Positions 34,034-49,784 are shown, counted from the stretch's first letter. The stretch is DNA of 64,000 bases from an uncultured Planctomycetota bacterium (GCA_963823665.1 CAWGMQ010000003.1:1600001-1664000), one strand, 5' to 3'. Made by a program: numbers and translations. The notes: generated by a model from the letters alone, not told the origin.

Positions 34034-35461
34034 GTGAAGCAGTGCTCTACCGAGCGCACCAGGCGCTCCATCGAACGCTGGATTGCACGCGGCATGAGCC
34101 GCGTGTGGGTGGTCGCGGTCTCTGGAGGGGGCGACAGCGTCGGGCTCCTGCGCGTGCTTTGCGAGCTGGCGGAGCCGCTCTCGCTCTCTCTATCCGTCGC
34201 GCACCTGGACCACGGGGTGCGCGGCGATGCCGCGCGGGCGGACGCGCTCTTCGTTGCAGAGCTGGCGCAGTCGTTGGGTCTCCCGGTTGACCTGGCTCGG
34301 TGGCGGCCCGATCGAGCCGGGCACTTCGAAGCGGACGCGCGTCGCGCCCGCTATGACTGGCTCACGCAGGTCGCTCGAGGCCGAGGAGCCGGCGCGGTGG
34401 CGGTGGGCCACACGCGCGACGACCAAGCCGAGACGATTCTGCACCGCATACTGCGCGGGACGGGTCCGCGTGGGCTGGCGGGCATCCCCTCACGGCGGTC
34501 GCTGGCGAAGGACCCCGGGCTCTTCCTGGTCCGGCCGCTCTTGCAAGTGTGGCGGCGTGAGATCCGGGAGTATCTGGCCGCGATCGGTCAACCCTTTCGG
34601 GAAGACGAGACCAACGCGGCGCTCACGGGCACACGGGGTCGCATCCGGAACGACCTGATGCCCAAGCTGGGCGCGGAATACAATCCGGCGGTGGGCGAGG
34701 CGCTCTTGCGCCTGGGCGAGCTTTCCGGCTCGCTTGCGCGGACGATCGAGCGTGAAGCCCTGGCAGCGGCGCGGAGCGCGACCGTCACGGCGGCGGAGCA
34801 CACGGTTGTGCTCAAGCGCGGGGTCTTGCGGGGGACGTCGGGGTTTATGCGGGCGGAAATCCTGCGACGCCTCTGGAGACAGGCGGGCTGGCCCGAACGG
34901 AGCATGTCGGCTGCGCGCTGGCGCCGGCTGGCCGCTTTGACGGGAAAAGAGGGTGAGATCGAACGCCGGGTGATTGGCGCCTCGGTGGAGGTGTGGAGCG
35001 ACGGCCTGTACGTCGTGCTTCGAAGATCGTCGCAAACGGAGGCGTCTGCGGTGGCGCACGCACGGCCCGGCGGCGAGATTCCGCTTGCGATTCCCGGACA
35101 AACGGATGTTTCGTGGGCGGGTTGCAGCGTTCACGCATCGACGGAGGGTTTCGCGGGTGACGGTCCCGTCGAGACGGTTGATTTCGACCGAGTTGCCGGA
35201 GGGCTGTTTATCCGGGCGCCTCTTGCCGGCGATCGGTTCGACCCGCTGGGGATGGGGGGCAAGACGATGGCTCTGGCCGACTTTTTCCGGGGCCGTCGGG
35301 TCGCGCGAGAGAGGCGGGTGCATACGCCGCTCCTGTGCGATCAGGCTGGGATTATCTGGGTTGGCGGGCATCGAATCGCCGAGCGGGTGAAGGCGACGGA
35401 GCGGACGGAGCATGTGCTGACGTTGCGTTTAACGTCGTGTGACGGCGTTTCAGGAGGGTGA
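34034..35461 (+). CDS. tilS: tRNA(Ile)-lysidine synthetase
   Basis: VAVSGGGDS PP-loop, HLDHGVR, GHTRDDQAET, RPLL, C-terminal GDRFDPLG...IIWVGG; exact start uncertain. Confidence 0.93.
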   Translation: MKQCSTERTRRSIERWIARGMSRVWVVAVSGGGDSVGLLRVLCELAEPLSLSLSVAHLDHGVRGDAARADALFVAELAQSLGLPVDLARWRPDRAGHFEADARRARYDWLTQVARGRGAGAVAVGHTRDDQAETILHRILRGTGPRGLAGIPSRRSLAKDPGLFLVRPLLQVWRREIREYLAAIGQPFREDETNAALTGTRGRIRNDLMPKLGAEYNPAVGEALLRLGELSGSLARTIEREALAAARSATVTAAEHTVVLKRGVLRGTSGFMRAEILRRLWRQAGWPERSMSAARWRRLAALTGKEGEIERRVIGASVEVWSDGLYVVLRRSSQTEASAVAHARPGGEIPLAIPGQTDVSWAGCSVHASTEGFAGDGPVETVDFDRVAGGLFIRAPLAGDRFDPLGMGGKTMALADFFRGRRVARERRVHTPLLCDQAGIIWVGGHRIAERVKATERTEHVLTLRLTSCDGVSGG

Positions 35462-35576
35462 TCGGGATTCTTCGGCGAAACCGAAGATGATGTTTTCGCA
35501 GGGCGACGGAAATTGCACAGGCGTATAGTTAGAAGTGAGATCCGCAGAAAAGTTTTGTGAAAAAATGAGATTTTTC

Positions 35577-35605
35577 TTGGAATTGGTTCGAGTCTTGCGT
35601 AGGAT
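35577..35605 (+). promoter_or_regulatory. Candidate sigma70-like promoter for rpoC
   Basis: TTGGAA-17-TAGGAT downstream of an AT-rich tract (35548-35576). Confidence 0.4.
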
Positions 35606-36010
35606 GACTGGATGCGACTCCATCGGCAGCCGAATGCGGCACGGCTCGGGCGGTGTTCTCGCCTGCGACGTCAAGGATTCGGGACGGGAGGTTGGAGTCA
35701 CTCATCGAGCCCGGTCGAGGAGGGTACCGGTTGGGTGTTATTCGTCAAGACGACGGTATTGCCGCGACGGTCTTCGAGGCTTTCGCCTGGGGGTTGATCG
35801 CGGATATTTTTGTTTCCATCGATCGAGCCGACTTGGGAATGAATCCGGTAACAACCGTTTCGTGCGGAATGAGTCTTGGCTGAATCGAGCTGAACGAACA
35901 CCCTGGTGGTCTTTCCGTGTCCGAAGGAAGGGCGAGACCGCCGCTTTCACCCACCAACAGAGCCGGCACTCGTGCAACCGGGGGCGGGCAGAGGAGAGTG
36001 TCTCGTGAGT

Positions 36011-40279
<4,269 letters not shown>

Positions 40280-40372
40280 CTTTCAAAGCTGACGTTCGAT
40301 GCGTCGCCTCAATCAGCCCGGTCGCTCGACCCCCTCGAGCGTTCGCGGGCTGTTAGCGGCGCCGCCCTACCC

Positions 40373-41554
40373 TCACGTTCGCCCACGCCCAGCCTCGAGC
40401 GCTTGAACCAAAAGGTCGTTCGCCGCTTGCCAGTTGTATGCTCCAGCGATCGACCGGCCCAGCAGGGCGCGTCGGGAACGCTCCTGGCTATCATCGAGGA
40501 GGCGGCGCAGCGTGGCAGTGATGGAATCCTCGTCATTCGGGTTGAAGTACCACCCGGCCTCGCCGCCGATTTCGGGCAGGGCCGTCGAGTCGGCCAGCGC
40601 GACCGGGGTTCCTTGAGCCATCGCCTCGACTGCGGGAATGCCGAAGCTCTCACACAGCGAGGGAAAAACGAGGGCGGTTGCCTCCGCATAGGCGGCTCGC
40701 AGGGCATTGCCCTGGCGGTAACCGGGCATGCAGATCAGCGCTCGCCGGCCCGCCGCGGCGGCCGCGTCACGCAGTGAATTCGCCTCCTCGGGGGCGCCTG
40801 CGCCGATCAGCACAAGCCCGAGCTCGCCAGAAGCGATCTCGGTGATGCGTGCGGCTGCCCGAACCAGTCGCAAGAGGTTCTTCCGCGGTTGAAAATTGGC
40901 CACGGAAAGGACGTACGGGACTTTGGGAGGAAGGCCGAGATCGGCGCGGATCCGCGAGCGTTCGTGGTCAGGGGCGGTCTGAAAGAACAGGTCTTCCGCG
41001 CCGTTGGGAACATAAGCCACGCGATCGTCGGGTATCGAGAAAGCACCGTGCAGTTGCTCGGTATTGTAGTGCGACACGGACAGGATGAGATCGGAGCGGG
41101 CAAGAATTCGGCCCAGCAGCTCGCGCTTCCTGGCGGGCTCGAATCTCAGGGTTTGCAAAACGTCGTGGGTAGTCACAGCGAGCTTGGCGCTCCGGGTCGG
41201 GACGAAGTATTCGGCCGGGCAATAGACCCATTCGCTGGGCCCGGTCCACCAATCGATCGGCGGCCAGGGGTTTACCCGCCACCAGCGCAGGATGTTGCGC
41301 GTGCGGATCGCAAGTTCGCGGCGTTTCTGGTCGCCTAGACTTTCCCAGAACGCCCGGCCGTCGGGATGAATCATCCGCCCGGTGATGACGCTGAGCTCCA
41401 CGTCCGGCCGCTGCGCCAGCCGCTCGAGCTGTGCAAGCGCGTGCCGGGTGACGCCGGTCGGGCCGTGACAGCCGTCCAAGTCATAAAACAGGGCGACGCG
41501 CAGCGGGGCGGCGAGCGCTGTGGTGCTCGGTGGCTTGGATCCCCGTTCTGTCAC
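40373..41554 (-). CDS. Glycosyltransferase family 4 (GT-B)
   Basis: LSVANFQPRKNL, FPSLCESFGIPAVEAMAQGTPV. The start is estimated (GTG 41554); the longer ORF-track version overlaps phoU. Confidence 0.88.
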   Translation of the reverse strand: MTERGSKPPSTTALAAPLRVALFYDLDGCHGPTGVTRHALAQLERLAQRPDVELSVITGRMIHPDGRAFWESLGDQKRRELAIRTRNILRWWRVNPWPPIDWWTGPSEWVYCPAEYFVPTRSAKLAVTTHDVLQTLRFEPARKRELLGRILARSDLILSVSHYNTEQLHGAFSIPDDRVAYVPNGAEDLFFQTAPDHERSRIRADLGLPPKVPYVLSVANFQPRKNLLRLVRAAARITEIASGELGLVLIGAGAPEEANSLRDAAAAAGRRALICMPGYRQGNALRAAYAEATALVFPSLCESFGIPAVEAMAQGTPVALADSTALPEIGGEAGWYFNPNDEDSITATLRRLLDDSQERSRRALLGRSIAGAYNWQAANDLLVQALEAGRGRT

Positions 41555-41816
41555 GTATCCGTGTCCAGTCAATGAACGCTCGATCCTCAAGTCGAAGACC
41601 AGATGGAGGTGTCCGGGTGGATCGTAGGTGAGTCTCGTTCGCGTGTCAATTCCGCGGGCTTGACCTTCCGCGAGCTGCTGGTTGCATGCCTGCTGGTCTT
41701 GATTCTGGAACGCAACCGGCAAAGAATGGACGAAGATGGATCGTGGACGTGATTGATGCCACGGGGGCTGCGGCTTCGACACCGTGGCCCGATCGTGAAG
41801 CCGAAGGAGGCCCCTG

Positions 41817-42563
41817 ATGCGCGATACCCCGCACTTTGAAGGTTCTGTCGCCCCGCGCGCGCTTTCCACCGCGCCGGTGTTTCCCGGACGACATGCCCTG
41901 CGCGAGCAGGAAGCCGTCTGGTCCGAGTTCCTCGCGATGGGTGAGGCCGTCGTCGACTCACTCGATAAGAGCGTGACTGCACTTCGCGAAGGCCGGATCG
42001 ACATCGTTGCGGAGGTGAAGGAGCTCGAGCGAAGCTCCGATCGTGAAGAAGTCCGGATCGAGCAGAGCTGCCTCCGGATACTTGCTCTGTTCGAGCCGGT
42101 CGCCTCGGATCTGCGGCGGATGGCGACGATCCTCAAGGTCAGCCGTGACTGGGAGCGGATCGCCGACCTGGCCGCGCGGATTGCACGGCGGGCTCGCAAG
42201 CTGGTCCGTGGCTGGGAAGGGGCGGTCACGGTTCCAGGCTCTTTGAAAAAGCTCGGCAGCGATGTCCTCGATCAGACCCGCGCCAGCTACGAGGCCCTGG
42301 CAAGGCGGGACTCCGCATCCGCGCGGGCGCTCATCGCGGACGATCGCGAGATTGATCGCGGGTATCGCCGGTTCCGCCGTGAGATGAAAGACTCGCTCCG
42401 CCGCGATCCCGCACAGCTTGACGCCTGGCTCCAGTTGATGAGTATCGGGCGCCATCTTGAACGAATTTCCGACCACGCCACCGCTATCGCGCAGACGGTC
42501 GTCTACCTTGAGGAGGGCGTGATCGTTCGACATAACACGGAGACACCGCCTCAGACGGATTGA
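41817..42563 (+). CDS. phoU: Phosphate signalling complex protein PhoU (stand-alone)
   Basis: EPVASDLR...WERIADLA; HLERISDHATAIA; AAGGAGG RBS. Confidence 0.9.
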   Translation: MRDTPHFEGSVAPRALSTAPVFPGRHALREQEAVWSEFLAMGEAVVDSLDKSVTALREGRIDIVAEVKELERSSDREEVRIEQSCLRILALFEPVASDLRRMATILKVSRDWERIADLAARIARRARKLVRGWEGAVTVPGSLKKLGSDVLDQTRASYEALARRDSASARALIADDREIDRGYRRFRREMKDSLRRDPAQLDAWLQLMSIGRHLERISDHATAIAQTVVYLEEGVIVRHNTETPPQTD

Positions 42564-42773
42564 TCCTGCTTTTGTGTGGCAGACCCTTGTGCCTGACACC
42601 GCCCTCCATTAGATTCGAGTTTTGGCAGCCAGAGCGGCTGTCCCGCCACGTTTGTCGATCCCGCCACCTTTTCGCGTGCGTCAACAACCAGCAGTCGGGT
42701 GGCGCCGGCCGCGATTGAGTCCATCCCGCGTCGACTTGAGTTTCTTGAGTCCATTCACGACGGAGACAAAACC

Positions 42774-44101
42774 ATGTCTCGAACCGGACCACGTGCGAAG
42801 AAGCTGAACCGGCGGCAATGCCTGAAACAAACCGCAGCCGCGGCGGGCGCGTTTTGCCTGGCGCCGACCGTCATCCCCGCCAGCGCTTTAGGCCGCGATG
42901 GCGCGACGGCCCCCAGCGAGCGCATCGTGATGGGTGCGATTGGAATCGGTAGCCGCGGCGAGTTCGATCTGAAGTGGATGCTCCGCGAAAAGGACGTCCA
43001 GTTCGTGGCGATCTGTGACGCCCGGAAGGTACGTCGCGAGGCGGTCAAGCAGATCATCGACAAAAACTACGGGTTTTCCGACTGCCAGATGTATCCCGAA
43101 ATGGGCGAATTCCTCGCGACCCGGGATGATATCGACGGCGTGCTGATCGCCACCGGCGATCGCTGGCACTCGCTGGCGGCCTGCCTGGCGATGCGCAGCG
43201 GCAAGGATGTGTATTCCGAGAAGCCATCCTCGATGACAATCGCCGAAGGACGGACGGTTGTCGACACCGCGCGGCGGTACGGCCGCATCTACCAGACCGG
43301 AGTTCAGCGGCTCAGCGAAGGCCCCTTCCTCACGGCGATCGAGCTGGCGCGGTCCGGTCGGCTGGGACAGATTCAAGCCGTCCAGGCGCACATCGCACCG
43401 TGGGACGCCGCCGAGATGAGCCACGCCTGGCTGCCCGAGGAACCGCAGCCGTCCAAGGAGGAGGTCGATTGGGATGCCTGGCTCGGACCTTGCCCATGGC
43501 GGCCTTATAACTCGACATACGTTCGCGGCGGATGGCGCGGGCATTACGATTTCCACACGAGCTGCATCGGCGAGTGGGTGCGCACACTTTCGCACAGTCG
43601 CAGGCCGGCATCGGCGCGCTAACGACCTCGGCCGTCGAATACCATTACGTCAAGAACTCCAGCGGGGACGGCATGGTTACGAAGTTCGGCAACGGAATTC
43701 CGATGATCCTCTCGCGCGGCGACAAGTACTGGCATGGATCATGTGGGATGCGGTTCGAAGGAACCGAAGGCTGGGTCGCGTGCGCCGATGGTTACAAGGA
43801 ACCCGAGGCGTCCTCGTCTGGTTTGCTACAGGACGGCGCCAAGTTGCTGGCCGATTACATGGATCGCACCGGGCGGCCTTTGAACCACGTGCGGAACTTC
43901 TTCGATTGCGTCAGGTCGCGTGAAACGACCGTGGCCAATCCCGATGTGATGCACCGCACCATGAGCACCGTCCACGCAGCCAACATCTGCATGTGGCTCA
44001 AACGCGACCTCAAATACGACCCTGTCAACGAGAAATTTGTCGACGATCCAGAAGCCAATCGCTTCCTTACCCGCGCACAGCGAGAGCCGTGGATCTATTG
44101 A
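42774..44101 (+). CDS. Tat-exported Gfo/Idh/MocA oxidoreductase; -1 indel near 43577
   Basis: RRQCLK Tat motif, IGIGSRG, GKDVYSEKP, DWDAWLGP; continues in frame 43532-44101 (EWGAHT junction). Confidence 0.9.
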
Positions 44102-44135
44102 AGCCCCCATATATACCGTTCCTGGAGACCTCCCC

Positions 44136-44837
44136 ATGATCCGATCGATCCATCGCCTCGGTTGCCTGGCCGCGATTGGGCTCGCGCTGGTCTGCATTTC
44201 TGCCGCCGCGGCCGCGGCCCCACTGTCGGATAAGGAACAAGAGGCCAAGCTGATCGCGGTGCTGACGAAGTCGGACGCATCGCTCAAGGACAAGGCCGAC
44301 GCCTGCCGCGTGCTCTCGCTGATCGGCACCAAGGAGTGTATCGCACCGCTGGCAGGGCTCTTGGGTGACGAGAAGCTCTCGCATCTGGCCCGATACGCGC
44401 TCGAACCAAACCCCGATCCAGGCGTTGACGAGGCACTCCGCGCCGCCCTGAAGACGCTCAAAGGCCGGCCGCTCGTTGGCGTCATCGGCAGCCTGGGTGT
44501 CCGGCGTGATCAGAAAGCGGTTGAACCGATTTCTGCGCTCCTCAAGGATGCCGATCCCGCAATTGCCAAGGCAGCGGCGCGATCGCTTGGCCGTATCGGG
44601 GTCGCACCTGCCGCCGAGGCGTTGCAGAAGAACGTGGACGTTTCCTCACCCGCCCTGCGACTCGCTGTCTCGGAAGGCTTGTTCCGTTGTGCCGAGCACC
44701 TGGTTGCAGACGGCAAGACTGCGGAGGCCCTCGCGATTTACGACAGGTTAGATCGGCCCAATTCGCCCGTTCAGGTGCGCACGAGCGCGGTGCGAAAAGC
44801 TCGCGCCCTGCGTCAAGTGGCCGCAGCCGGCCTGTAG
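44136..44837 (+). CDS. Exported HEAT-repeat protein
   Basis: Signal peptide; ARYALE, GVIGSLGVRRD, AAARSLGRIG HEAT repeats. Confidence 0.8.
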   Translation: MIRSIHRLGCLAAIGLALVCISAAAAAAPLSDKEQEAKLIAVLTKSDASLKDKADACRVLSLIGTKECIAPLAGLLGDEKLSHLARYALEPNPDPGVDEALRAALKTLKGRPLVGVIGSLGVRRDQKAVEPISALLKDADPAIAKAAARSLGRIGVAPAAEALQKNVDVSSPALRLAVSEGLFRCAEHLVADGKTAEALAIYDRLDRPNSPVQVRTSAVRKARALRQVAAAGL

Positions 44838-44864
44838 TGGAAGGTCTTTCCGAGGAGCCTGATT

Positions 44865-45959
44865 GTGCCCGCGACAAGACGAGACGTACTCCGAATGGGA
44901 CTTGCAGCCGCCGGCCTCGGCCTGCAGGCAAGTCCCATCGCTCGCGGCTCGAATGCCCCCAAGACCTTGCCCGACGCGACTCCCAAACACTTGCCCCGGT
45001 GGCGTGGCTTCAACCTCCTCAACAAATTCATGGCCGACAGCCAGAAGCCGTTCGAGGAGCGCGACTTCGCCGACATCGCCGAGCTCGGCTTCGATTTCGT
45101 GCGCCTGCCGCTCGATTACCGATGCTGGACCGAGCCCAAGGATGTCAACTTTCTCAAACCGGCCATGCTCAAGGAGATCGACCAAGCGGTCGAATTCGGC
45201 AAGAAGCACTCCATTCACGTTCAGATCAATTTCCACCGGGCTCCCGGGTTCACCGTAGCCAAACCCGCCGAGCCGAAATCGATCTGGAGTGATTCCGAGA
45301 TCCTGGGTGTCTGCGCCGCCCACTGGTCGGCCTTCGCCGATCGGTATAAGGGACGGCCGAATAACGAGCTGAGCTTCAATCTGCTGAACGAGCCCGATGA
45401 CAAGGTCAAGCCGGAAGAACACCGGCACGTCATCGAGCGACTGGCGACCGCGATTCGCGACCGCGACCCGACGCGATTGATTGTCTGCGACGGCCGCGCG
45501 TGGGCGACCCAGCCACCGACGGAGTTACTAGGCCTGGATGTTGCGGCCTCGCTGCATGACTACAACCCGATGCCCCTCACCCACTACAAGGCTTCCTGGG
45601 TCAATTGGGATGAGAGCTGGCCCGAGCCGATCTGGCCGCTCAAGCTCAACACGGGCAAGTATGTCGTGCGGGCGACGATCGAGCGTGAGCTGATCAAACC
45701 GTTTCAGGAACTCGAGGCCAAAGGCGTTGGCGTGATGGTCGGCGAATTCGGCTGTCACAATCAGACGCCGCATCGTTACGTCTTGTCGTGGATCAACGAC
45801 ACTCTGGCCGCCTTCAAGAAAGCCGGCTTCGGCTGGGCGCTCTGGAATTTCACCGGCAGCTTCGGCGTCTGCGACAGCGGCCGGTTTGACGTCGCCTACG
45901 AGGATTGGCACAGCCGCAAGCTCGACCGGGCGATGCTGGAGCTGCTGCAGGCTGGTTAA
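44865..45959 (+). CDS. Tat-exported glycoside hydrolase family 5 (cellulase family)
   Basis: TRRDVLR, WRGFNL, FDFVRLP, acid/base NEP, nucleophile VGEFG, GWALW. Confidence 0.92.
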   Translation: MPATRRDVLRMGLAAAGLGLQASPIARGSNAPKTLPDATPKHLPRWRGFNLLNKFMADSQKPFEERDFADIAELGFDFVRLPLDYRCWTEPKDVNFLKPAMLKEIDQAVEFGKKHSIHVQINFHRAPGFTVAKPAEPKSIWSDSEILGVCAAHWSAFADRYKGRPNNELSFNLLNEPDDKVKPEEHRHVIERLATAIRDRDPTRLIVCDGRAWATQPPTELLGLDVAASLHDYNPMPLTHYKASWVNWDESWPEPIWPLKLNTGKYVVRATIERELIKPFQELEAKGVGVMVGEFGCHNQTPHRYVLSWINDTLAAFKKAGFGWALWNFTGSFGVCDSGRFDVAYEDWHSRKLDRAMLELLQAG

Positions 45960-45994
45960 CGATTCCGTGGGTCCGGCACTCTTGTCAGTCTGAA

Positions 45995-46414
45995 TCATTC
46001 AATGTGCACGACTTCCCAAGCTCGCGTCTCGACCAGAAACTCAGCGATAACCTCGCGGTGGCACTCCGAAACGCGTTTCTCCGCGCACATCAGGCAGAAC
46101 GGCGCAACGAGCTCGGCCAACCGGCCAACGAGCAACTCGCCGGATTGCTTGAACAGGGCCCGATAAGGGCCGTGCCAATCATCCAGGTCGCGAAACAGAT
46201 TGCCGAGCTCGAGGAACGACCGATACGCGATTCCGCGCTCGGAAAGTAGCCTTTCGATGCCCTTCTCCGCCGTCCGCGCCTTGACGAAAGCGCCCATACT
46301 GGCACGGTCCGGCCGAATCCGCACGTCGGCGACCGAGCGAATGCCATGCGCAATCAGCAGGCCGGCAAACTCATCAGGCAACCGGCCGCCATAACCGATG
46401 GTGTAAAACTTCAT
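45995..46414 (-). CDS. DUF488 domain protein
   Basis: FYTIGYGGR, VADVR, CLMCAE...CHR. Confidence 0.85.
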   Translation of the reverse strand: MKFYTIGYGGRLPDEFAGLLIAHGIRSVADVRIRPDRASMGAFVKARTAEKGIERLLSERGIAYRSFLELGNLFRDLDDWHGPYRALFKQSGELLVGRLAELVAPFCLMCAEKRVSECHREVIAEFLVETRAWEVVHIE

Positions 46415-46466
46415 GCTGTCGCTCGAGCGACTCGCGATCCGTCTGAGGACCCTTCGATCACTCCGC

Positions 46467-47654
46467 TCACTTTCCCGCCTCGCTGAACTGTGCCTCGACC
46501 GCCCGCTGAAACGCCGCTCGGCTCCGATCCCCGTCCCGTGGAAAGCCCGCATGCTGCACCATGAACACGGTGATCAGCCCCCTCCTCGGGTCGATCGTCA
46601 TGTTCGTCGCATAGGCTCCGCCGTGTCCGAACTGTCCACCGCCGGTCGACCAGCCCAGGCCGTAACCGTCCTTGAGATGGTCGCCTGTTTGCTTGCTCGT
46701 CATTTGCTCGACCGCGGCTTCCGAAAGATAACGCCGCCCCTCCAGCTCACCGCGTCCGAGGATCATCTGGCAAAATCGCCCGACATCCCGGGCCGTCGAA
46801 AACAGGCCGCCGGCAGGCATCGGTTGCCGTTTATGGTCGTCCAGGGGATACCGAAGCTGAGTGACAGTCGTGGCCTCGAGATCAGACTTCGCCGCGTTCG
46901 GCTTGTACGACTTGGCGAGGCGCACGAGCTGCTCGTTGTCGGGCCAGAATGTCGTGTCCTTCATGCCCAGGGGTTCAAACAGACGCTTCTGCATGAACTC
47001 TGCATAATCGATACCACTCACGACCTCGATAATGCGGCCCGCCGTGTTGATGCCGGCGTTGGAATACTGATATTTGGTCCCCGGCTCGAACTCAAGCGGC
47101 GTCATCGCGTAGCTTCGCACCGCATCTCGTAATGGCAGCAGGTCGAGCGTCGGCTCTTCCATCGCCGACTTGAACGGCATACCGCTCGTATGGCTGAGTA
47201 CCTCGCGGACCGTGATCGCGTGCTTCGGCCTCCTGAGCAGCACGTGGTCCTCATCCCTTTCCACCGCCAGCCACTGACCTCTGAACTCGGGCAGAAACTT
47301 CGCAACCGGATCGTCCAGACGCACCTTGCCTTCATCCACAAGCATCATCAAGGCCGTCGCGGTCATCGGCTTGGATTGCGATGCAATCCAGAAGATGGAT
47401 TCGGGGTTCATCAATTTGCTTGCCGCGACGTCCGCGAACCCAACCGCTTCGAGGCTCAGGATCTTCTCTTTGTCGGCGACCAGTGTGACCGCGCCGGCGA
47501 GCGCGTGCCTGTCGACGAAAGGCTGCAATGCGGCGGCGATCTTCCCGGCGGCACCAGTCGACGCATCCTGCGCGGGGCATCTCAGCGGGATCGCCGTGAG
47601 AGCGACGACAAAGAGCGAAACCAGTGAAAGAGAGTAGCGATTTCGTGCAATCAT
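46467..47654 (-). CDS. Serine hydrolase, beta-lactamase/class C family, exported
   Basis: SxxK motif (ASQSK), LSHTSG, YSN, HGG; signal peptide. Confidence 0.92.
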   Translation of the reverse strand: MIARNRYSLSLVSLFVVALTAIPLRCPAQDASTGAAGKIAAALQPFVDRHALAGAVTLVADKEKILSLEAVGFADVAASKLMNPESIFWIASQSKPMTATALMMLVDEGKVRLDDPVAKFLPEFRGQWLAVERDEDHVLLRRPKHAITVREVLSHTSGMPFKSAMEEPTLDLLPLRDAVRSYAMTPLEFEPGTKYQYSNAGINTAGRIIEVVSGIDYAEFMQKRLFEPLGMKDTTFWPDNEQLVRLAKSYKPNAAKSDLEATTVTQLRYPLDDHKRQPMPAGGLFSTARDVGRFCQMILGRGELEGRRYLSEAAVEQMTSKQTGDHLKDGYGLGWSTGGGQFGHGGAYATNMTIDPRRGLITVFMVQHAGFPRDGDRSRAAFQRAVEAQFSEAGK

Positions 47655-47959
47655 GAGGGGGCCTTCATTTTTCAGCTCGGCGTCACACGCGATGAGGCAG
47701 ATCGACGATCTCTTGAATATCGAGCCACCGATGAACCGTCAAGGGTTGGGTGGTTCACCACAGGAAACCGACAACCGTCGTCATTTGACGAACGTTCGGA
47801 GAAAGAGCGCAGTTGTACGTCGCGTCCAAATCGGTGACAATTCGGGAGCGAGCGGTCTTCGACGACGCATGGCTTTCGATGATTGACAAAAGCTCGCTTT
47901 GCAGGCACGACGACCCCGGCGGCTTCGTCCGCATCGAGATCCGGGCCGCCCCAGTCGTA

Positions 47960-49612
47960 ATGTCAGAAACATCACACGGTCGTGACGGTCCGACAACCGG
48001 CTCGCGGCCTGGAGACGTTCGATCGGTAGGCAATTTGACGACCTGAGCGCCCGGTTGGAGCATCTGTCGGGCCAGTTCGACGAGCTCCGTGACTTAGTCG
48101 CAAAGGCGGTCCTACTTGCCGACAACGACACCGAGATGGCGCTGACCCGGATTCGGAAGGTGCTGGAATGGCTGATCAAAGATGCGTACCAACGGCTGGT
48201 CAAATCACCGCCCGGGACTCAACCCCTAGAGAATCTCCTCCAGCGTCTCCTCAAGGACGGTCACCTCCCTCTCCACTTGGCTCCATATACCACGTTTATC
48301 CGGGAGCTAGGCAATGCCGGAGCGCATCATCCGGAGGGCCAACACACGGTCCTGGATGTGAACGTTTCCCTGATTCAACTCAGAGCGATCCTCGATTGGT
48401 ACTTCCAGACGGTAAGGCCGGATGCAGCAGCTGTCTCCGAAACACCTGATCCATCGCGAGCCTCCGTTGAACTGCCGAAGCCAGTTGGGGGTGGCTCCCG
48501 GGTCGACCCGTTCGTCGGCTCGCGATTGACCGGCGACAAGCCCGCGAAAACGAAAGCGAATCCACAGTCCGAACTGCAAAGGGACCGCCTGCGCGAGTTC
48601 CAGGTGCCGGAAAGTCCGAAGGAAACCTTGCCGGATGTCGCTCGATCGCAGTAGCGTCCATGGATGTGGCCGCCGGTGATTCTCGCGGTGTCGATACTTG
48701 GGCTCCTTGGCGCGTGGCTGGGCGGCGTGTTTACGCGTGGCTTGTCCAGCGGTGCTGTGAGGGGCGCCGCCCGACCACTGATGGACGGACAAGCCGTCAG
48801 TGCCGTTCGCCTCGAGCTGGGACAATACTCGCCAGACGGCTCCTAAGCCCGTAGCTGCAGCGGATTCGATGGGCCCGCCGAAGCCGGTCACCAACTCGAT
48901 CGGGATGAAATTCGTGCTCGTCCCGGCCGGCGACTTCTTGATGGGGTCGCCCGATTCGGACAAGGACGCCGAGAAAGTCGAGAAGCCGCAACATCAAGTG
49001 CGGATCATGCGGCCGTTCTACCTGGGAGTGACCGAGGTCACACAGGGTCAGTACCGGAGCGTTGCCGGCGAGAACCCGAGCTTCTTCAAGGGGTCCGACG
49101 ACCTGCCAGTCGAGCAGGTCTTGTGGGAGGACGCGATCGCGTTCTGCAACAAGCTGAGCAAGCGCGAAGGGCTAACGCCGTATTACGTGTTCGGCGCCAG
49201 GGCCGCCCCGCTCGTCCAGTCGGGTAGTGTCGGTTATCGGTTGCCGACGCAAACGGAGTGGGAGTATGCGTGTCGGGCGGGCACGTCGACCCGTTACAGC
49301 TTCGGGGACGACGAAGCGAGCCTGGGTGAGTATGCATGGATCGGAGGCAACTCGAGCGGTAAGACCCACCCGGTGGGCCAGAAGCGTCAGAACACGATCG
49401 GGCTGTTCGACATGCACGGCAACGTGTCGGAGTGGTGCTGGGACGGTACCGACAAGAACTTTTACAGCCGTGGCCAGGGTCGGGTCAACCGCGGCGGCGG
49501 CTGGTGCAGCGGGCGCCCCTCCACCCGGTCCGCGGCCCGCTACGACCTCGGCCCGGGCGGCCAGAGCTACGACGTCGGCTTTCGCCTGGCTCGAGACCAG
49601 TCCGGAAGTTGA
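47960..49612 (+). pseudogene. Disrupted DUF4145-like + TM + formylglycine-generating-enzyme (FGE/SUMF1, C-type lectin fold) gene
   Basis: ALTRIRKVLE..IRELGNAGAH (48055-48654); in-frame TAG at 48652; TM WPPVILAVSILGLLGAWLGG in the same frame; frameshift into TNSIGMKFV..EVTQGQY..RLPTQTEWEYACRAG..DMHGNVSEW..GFRL (48800-49612). Confidence 0.7.
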
Positions 49613-49784
49613 AGCCAGGGAACACTTGCGGAGCGCAGCTTGGTGCGGCGGGAGAAGGCGGAGCCACCGCCTCGATGGCCCGACGAAGGGCGCAGCGCCG
49701 GCGCCAACCGACTGTTCTCTTGGGCGGCCTGGATTCAGGGCGCCGCATCATTTCGCTTCCACCTTGGGCGCCTAACAAGCATTA

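Noticed and set aside
41555..42229. 225-aa N-terminal extension of the GT4 ORF
   Set aside because: It overlaps phoU on the opposite strand and lies upstream of the start of the GT domain.
48652..48654. TAG read-through (pyrrolysine or alternative code) in the DUF4145-FGE gene
   Set aside because: TAG is an ordinary stop elsewhere (rpmG, HEAT gene, epimerase), no pyl genes are seen, and a frameshift follows anyway.
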